From contig JALUEE010000067.1 of NCBI GenBank assembly GCA_027053075.1, positions 1 through 11,900 on the forward strand: a stretch of DNA of 11,900 bases, given 5' to 3'. The notes below the pieces were generated by a model that had not been told where the DNA came from, searched no databases, and saw only the letters and a list, made by a program, of their open reading frames with translations. Shown piece by piece: positions 8,373 through 11,900 of this stretch; the stretch's first letter is position 1, and each line of letters opens with the position of its first letter. Source of the DNA: a candidate division WOR-3 bacterium. Its GTDB lineage: Bacteria > Hydrothermota > Hydrothermia > B15-G9 > WFZT01. The translations under genes were made by a program, and so were the position numbers.

Positions 8373-10319
8373 TCACTCTCCCATTCGGGCTGTAACCTTG
8401 CCCATAACATCCAATTTTATGTAGTCAGAAGCTCTGATGGATACGGTATCTGTTTGGGGAATGTAAATCTCTATCCATGAAGTCTGCTCTGGAGCTTCAA
8501 AGGTCACGGCTTCGTCATGTGTCAGGGTAAATGCAATGGTTGTGTCCTTCTCTCCTGTCGCAAATCCATTAACATCATGGGGTGCTGGAGGAATGGTAAA
8601 GCTTTCCGTCAGTGTGTCTCCCCAGTTTGATATCATGTTGAATTTAGCGGAAAATCCGAGAGGAATTCGATTCCTCAACCTGATGAAAAGAGTGCCTGAT
8701 TGGAAACGGTCAATTAAAGTGCTATCCACTTCCAGTGAGTCAATTGATGTGTCCGAGATCACAGTATCAGGTGAAAACACGACGGAGAAAGGTACCGTAA
8801 TCTCGACGTGTCCGGTAACCCAATCATCTCGATAGGCTGAGCCACGACCGTCTATTAAAACATTTCCGGAAATACGAACTTCCTGTGGTACTGACCAGAA
8901 GAGATTTCCAATATCAAGATTTATTGGTGTGATTGAAGGGTTATTTGGACTTCCTCTCCTTAATTGCAGCTGATAGGTTTGAGACACTGTATCCCCGTTT
9001 ACATTTATCACTGTGGCAGTTAAATTGGCCTCGGGAGCAAAGTTCAACGTCTGAACGATGTTACCGGTCAGATAAACGTGTGTCAAATGGATGTTTAGTG
9101 TGTCCGGGATATCGAGAGTTGTGTCAATTTCAGGTATGTCGGATTCTACCGAGTCGAATACCCCGGAGAAGTAGTTTACAGAGACCGTATCCGAGGATAG
9201 ATTTACTTCCACGGAATCGTATTTTCGAATTTCGATCCACTGTGGATCTATGCTCGTTGAGACTATAAAAGTTAGCCCTGAATCTCCGAAAACAATGGAC
9301 CTGCCCCCAAGGTCCAGTGAAAAAGAAGTTGTATTGTCCGGCAAAATATGGATGGTAGTGTCAAAGGGGGTTCTACCGGACAAAATGTTGTTGCTCATCA
9401 TATTGACGTAAAGATCGATCAAGAGAGGGTTGTAGATATCGAGATAAATATGACCTGAATCAAGGACAACCGTGTCAATTTGGCCCTGTTCGAAAGTCGG
9501 ATTTATATTGAAAGTATCACTGACGTCAAAGCCCTGGAAGAAGGCTCTCGCGCTATCAACGACGATCGAATCAAGTGTTACCTGCACGAAAAAGTTGTTC
9601 CTTGCCGAAACGTAAACGCTGTCTCCACCTGGAACTCCCATATACTCAATAAACCTGAGGTTGTTTGTGGTATATATGCTGTCAATTGTCAGTGTTGTAT
9701 CAATGATGTCGTATGGTCCAATGCTATCGACCCTTCCGTGGAAAACCAAACTTGTGTCTCCGAAATCGTTCAAAGAATAAAGCCATATCTCGTAAGGAGA
9801 GATCGTAACCGGAAAGTTATTCTCGAAGTGTACCGTAATACTTGCGTAATTAATTCCGGCCCAGTCAAATTTTGTAAGCGTGTCGGTGGTGTCTGTAACC
9901 GTGTCAGGTAGAATCGTGGGGAGGAAAATTCTGATTGAATCGTTAATATGGTTGTTGATCGTGTCTAATATGGAGTCGGGAAGAGGGAAGTCTCCCCATG
10001 AAATTCTTATGCCGTTGGAAGTTATGTTGCGAACCACGAGCCTGCCAAATCCAGCCCGGATAGAAGTGTCAATATTCGAAATCTTCATATCTTCAGCGGG
10101 ATAGATAGTGTCAATATCGGATGAAACATTAAACATTAAAAGCGAATCAGGGCCAACGACAATGTGATTCGTGTCCCCGAGCATATCCCATACACGCAGT
10201 GTGTCGTGCAGGATGGGGAAACTGTAAGTTGAGTTCCATTGAGGAATTCCGGGTTTTTTCAGGCAGGATGATGTAAGCAAAAAAACAGTCACCAAAATAA
10301 TAATTTTGGATAGCTTCAT
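8373..10319 (-). CDS. Large Asp/Thr-rich beta-strand lipoprotein of unknown function
   Basis: Start placed at ATG 10319 (the track starts at TTG 10328). MKLSKIIILVTVFLLTSS-C19 lipobox, with C19 the only Cys. Internal repeats present. Stop lies 3 bp before the beta-barrel start, so likely co-transcribed. Confidence 0.85.
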   Translation of the reverse strand: MKLSKIIILVTVFLLTSSCLKKPGIPQWNSTYSFPILHDTLRVWDMLGDTNHIVVGPDSLLMFNVSSDIDTIYPAEDMKISNIDTSIRAGFGRLVVRNITSNGIRISWGDFPLPDSILDTINNHINDSIRIFLPTILPDTVTDTTDTLTKFDWAGINYASITVHFENNFPVTISPYEIWLYSLNDFGDTSLVFHGRVDSIGPYDIIDTTLTIDSIYTTNNLRFIEYMGVPGGDSVYVSARNNFFVQVTLDSIVVDSARAFFQGFDVSDTFNINPTFEQGQIDTVVLDSGHIYLDIYNPLLIDLYVNMMSNNILSGRTPFDTTIHILPDNTTSFSLDLGGRSIVFGDSGLTFIVSTSIDPQWIEIRKYDSVEVNLSSDTVSVNYFSGVFDSVESDIPEIDTTLDIPDTLNIHLTHVYLTGNIVQTLNFAPEANLTATVINVNGDTVSQTYQLQLRRGSPNNPSITPINLDIGNLFWSVPQEVRISGNVLIDGRGSAYRDDWVTGHVEITVPFSVVFSPDTVISDTSIDSLEVDSTLIDRFQSGTLFIRLRNRIPLGFSAKFNMISNWGDTLTESFTIPPAPHDVNGFATGEKDTTIAFTLTHDEAVTFEAPEQTSWIEIYIPQTDTVSIRASDYIKLDVMGKVTARMGE

Positions 10320-10327
10320 AATAATCA

Positions 10328-10356
10328 ATTGTAAAATCCCATGACTGGTTTTTCAA
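10328..10356 (-). promoter_or_regulatory. Sigma70-type promoter of the lipoprotein/barrel operon (leaderless geometry)
   Basis: Minus strand TTGAAA (10356-10351), 17 bp spacer, TACAAT (10333-10328), then 8 nt to ATG; no SD visible. Confidence 0.65.
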
Positions 10357-10456
10357 TATTTAAATGAGGCTGTTTGAAAACGTCACCTCGGTCTTCCATT
10401 ATCCACGGAGTGTGTGATGATGAAAAATATGTTATTCAATGATTCAGGTCTTTTCA

Positions 10457-10492
10457 CCCTCCCTTCCCTGGGGAAGGGAGGGCAGGGGTGGA
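10457..10492. repeat. Pyrimidine/purine REP-like hairpin A with purine tail
   Basis: CCCTCCCTTCCC-TG-GGGAAGGGAGGG (10457-10482) followed by CAGGGGTGGA. Confidence 0.75.
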
Positions 10493-10540
10493 ATGGGGAA
10501 ATTATGGCGGGCAAGATTTTGGGTTCATTTATTTTTTCCA

Positions 10541-10576
10541 TTCTCCCCTAGCCCCTCCTTCCAATGGAAGGAGGGG
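10541..10576. repeat. Pyrimidine/purine REP-like hairpin B with pyrimidine leader
   Basis: TTCTCCCCTAG followed by CCCCTCCTTCCA-A-TGGAAGGAGGGG (10552-10576). Confidence 0.75.
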
Positions 10577-10671
10577 AAATTTGTTGACTGCGATTGTCAC
10601 CGTGGTTACGAAGGTCCCTTGGGAAAGGTAACTCTAAAATTTAGGATTTTCTAACACGCTCATATTTAAAT

Positions 10672-10793
10672 GAGCCTGTTCGTAAATACCCCCTTCCCAT
10701 CCTTCCCCCATGCACAAAGTGCGCGGGGGAAGGAGAGAGGTGGGGGCATCTTGCTAAAAATCTAAATTTTTTGAGATTTTTTCGAACACACTC
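10672..10793. mobile_element. MITE-like unit 2 (122 bp) with imperfect terminal inverted repeats
   Basis: Left end GAGCCTGTTCGTAAA; right end (reverse complement) GAGTGTGTTCGAAAA, 12/15 identical. Right subterminal sequence resembles that of unit 1. Confidence 0.55.
10689..10746. repeat. Pyrimidine/purine REP-like hairpin C
   Basis: CCCCCTTCCCA, then TCCTTCCCCC-ATGCAC-AAA-GTGCGC-GGGGGAAGGA (10700-10734), then GAGAGGTGGGGG. Confidence 0.7.
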
Positions 10794-10817
10794 ATGTCTA
10801 ATGATTCATTTTTTCTT

Positions 10818-10858
10818 TGCTGGTGGGCCCACGCACTTCGTGCGTGGGCCCACCAGCA
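10818..10858. repeat. Perfect 19-bp GC-rich hairpin with TTC/GAA loop (REP-like)
   Basis: TGCTGGTGGGCCCACGCAC-TTC-GTGCGTGGGCCCACCAGCA; shares the GGTGGGC...C-TTC-G...GCCCACC layout with 6074-6108. Confidence 0.8.
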
Positions 10859-10885
10859 TTCATAACTGCATTTAAACACTGATTC

Positions 10886-10914
10886 TTGAATGGGTTCGAA
10901 ATCCCCATTAAAAT
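10886..10914 (+). promoter_or_regulatory. Sigma70-type promoter of cdaA
   Basis: TTGAAT (10886-10891), 17 bp spacer, TAAAAT (10909-10914); 9 nt to ATG 10924. Confidence 0.6.
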
Positions 10915-10923
10915 CAAGGTGAA

Positions 10924-11691
10924 ATGGATTTCCTGACCTTCAGAGTAAAAGACTTAATAGACATCCTCCTCGTCTGGTTTATTACTTATGAGACATTAAA
11001 ACCTTTCAAGGGGACAAGGGCGTCTTACATTTTCTGGGGAATTGTCCTTATAGTTATCGCGGCTGTTATTGCAAGTTTTCTCCACCTTGAGGCTTTCAAC
11101 TGGATAATGGCACAGATTGAATCCATCGCTCTGATAGCATTGATAGTTATTTTTCAGCCTGAGATCAGGAAGGTGCTTGCTGCGATTGGAAAAACGAGTT
11201 TCTTCAAACGACTGTATCCAAGAGGGGGAATGGAAGAAATCTCTCGAATTGTTAACTCTGCCATCATGCTGAGAGATAGGAAACTCGGTGGCATCATGGT
11301 GATTGAAAGAAAGGATTCTCTTAAGGAATTCATAGATGAGAGCGGGATCCCTCTGGAAGCTGAGATATCACCACCTCTGATTGTCACAATTTTTACACCT
11401 CCCACTCCACTCCATGATGGAGCTGTTGTCATAAGAGAAGGGCGGATTGCTGCGTGCAAAGTCGTGCTACCGCTTTCCGACAATCCAAAGATTGATCCTT
11501 CCTTTGGTACAAGGCACAGGGCAGCTATTGGAATAACTGAAGTTACAGATGCTGTAAGTGTTGTTGTATCTGAGGAAAGACGGTCCATTAGGGTTGCAGT
11601 AAATGGAGAGATTTCACCACCGCTCACGAAAGATGATTTACAGGAGAGGTTAACCGTATTACTATACGGGAGGGTTGTGGAAAGTGCTTAG
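10924..11691 (+). CDS. cdaA: Diadenylate cyclase CdaA (membrane-anchored DAC domain)
   Basis: Three N-terminal TM segments with IDILLV, KGTRA and IVIFQPEIRKVL; catalytic DGA (PLHDGAVVI) and RHR (GTRHRAAIGITE) motifs; VSEE. Confidence 0.97.
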   Translation: MDFLTFRVKDLIDILLVWFITYETLKPFKGTRASYIFWGIVLIVIAAVIASFLHLEAFNWIMAQIESIALIALIVIFQPEIRKVLAAIGKTSFFKRLYPRGGMEEISRIVNSAIMLRDRKLGGIMVIERKDSLKEFIDESGIPLEAEISPPLIVTIFTPPTPLHDGAVVIREGRIAACKVVLPLSDNPKIDPSFGTRHRAAIGITEVTDAVSVVVSEERRSIRVAVNGEISPPLTKDDLQERLTVLLYGRVVESA

Positions 11692-11900
11692 AAAGATAAC
11701 GGAAAATTTCGGTCTTAAGCTACTTTCTCTCTTTATTGCTGTTCTTGTATGGTTCCACGCCGTGACAGAGAAGAAATACTCAGTTACGAGGCCGATTGAG
11801 CTGGAATTCAAGAACATCCCTGCTGAACTTCAGATTGTAACTAATCCTCCAGAATCCATCATGGTAACAATGAGGGCTAAAGGCAAAACTTTAATTGAGC
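11684..11900 (+). CDS. cdaR: CdaR/YbbR-like regulator of diadenylate cyclase, 5' part only
   Basis: Not in the ORF track. GTG at 11684 overlaps the cdaA end, with GGGAGG upstream. Reads MLRKITENFGLKLLSLFIAVLVWFHAVTEKKYSVTRPIELEFKNIPAELQIVTNPPESIMVTMRAKGKTLIE, showing the N-x-x-x-KLLSL-x-x-A-x-x-x-W anchor typical of YbbR proteins; conserved cdaA-cdaR order. Confidence 0.88.
   Translation, partial: MLRKITENFGLKLLSLFIAVLVWFHAVTEKKYSVTRPIELEFKNIPAELQIVTNPPESIMVTMRAKGKTLIE

Larger units (their letters stand above)
10366..10661. mobile_element. MITE-like unit 1 (296 bp) with imperfect terminal inverted repeats
   Basis: Left end GAGGCTGTTTGAAAA; right end (reverse complement) GAGCGTGTTAGAAAA, 12/15 identical. 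Flanked on both sides by ATATTTAAAT (10356-10365, 10662-10671). No transposase. Confidence 0.55.

Noticed and set aside
2930..9911. Other short plus-strand ORFs inside the MFP, TolC, TetR, TAXI, barrel and lipoprotein genes
   Set aside because: They overlap well-supported minus-strand genes and have no protein-like features.
10439..10654. 71-aa plus-strand ORF
   Set aside because: It is a translation of hairpin repeats (PSLPWGREG, PSPSFQWKEG) with no SD; likely spurious.
10356..10860. CRISPR array or c-di-AMP (ydaO) riboswitch interpretation of the repeat region
   Set aside because: No identical regularly spaced repeats, no cas genes and no recognisable ydaO conserved motifs; the predicted cdaA TSS lies downstream of the hairpins.
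10891..10907. TGGGTTCGAAATCCCCA resembling a tRNA T-arm or att remnant
   Set aside because: Loop size is wrong, there is no acceptor, D or anticodon arm and no integrase nearby; it coincides with the cdaA promoter spacer.
11154..11627. 157-aa minus-strand ORF
   Set aside because: Antisense shadow of cdaA.

Overview
Bacterial chromosomal segment from a diderm organism, possibly of the FCB superphylum or a related lineage (inferred from gene content and D-(S/T)-rich exported proteins). The minus strand reads right to left: a 648-aa Asp/Thr-rich beta-strand lipoprotein; an outer-membrane beta-barrel of the FadL/PorV/DUF5723-like type; a stand-alone TAXI-family TRAP solute-binding protein with a strong terminator; ~530 bp of non-coding or decayed sequence; and a TetR-TolC-MFP-RND efflux operon whose RND gene runs off the left edge and is missing from the ORF track. 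The plus strand carries cdaA (diadenylate cyclase) and the start of a cdaR/YbbR gene, also missing from the track. The ~600 bp between the divergent lipoprotein and cdaA promoters is highly structured. It holds two tandem MITE-like units with related terminal inverted repeats and purine/pyrimidine-asymmetric hairpins, a 10-bp direct repeat, a G-quadruplex motif, and a perfect 19-bp hairpin related to the TAXI terminator. Other points of note are an adaptor protein lacking the alpha-hairpin, a very high density of D-(S/T)-hydrophobic motifs in the lipoprotein, and apparently leaderless divergent transcripts.
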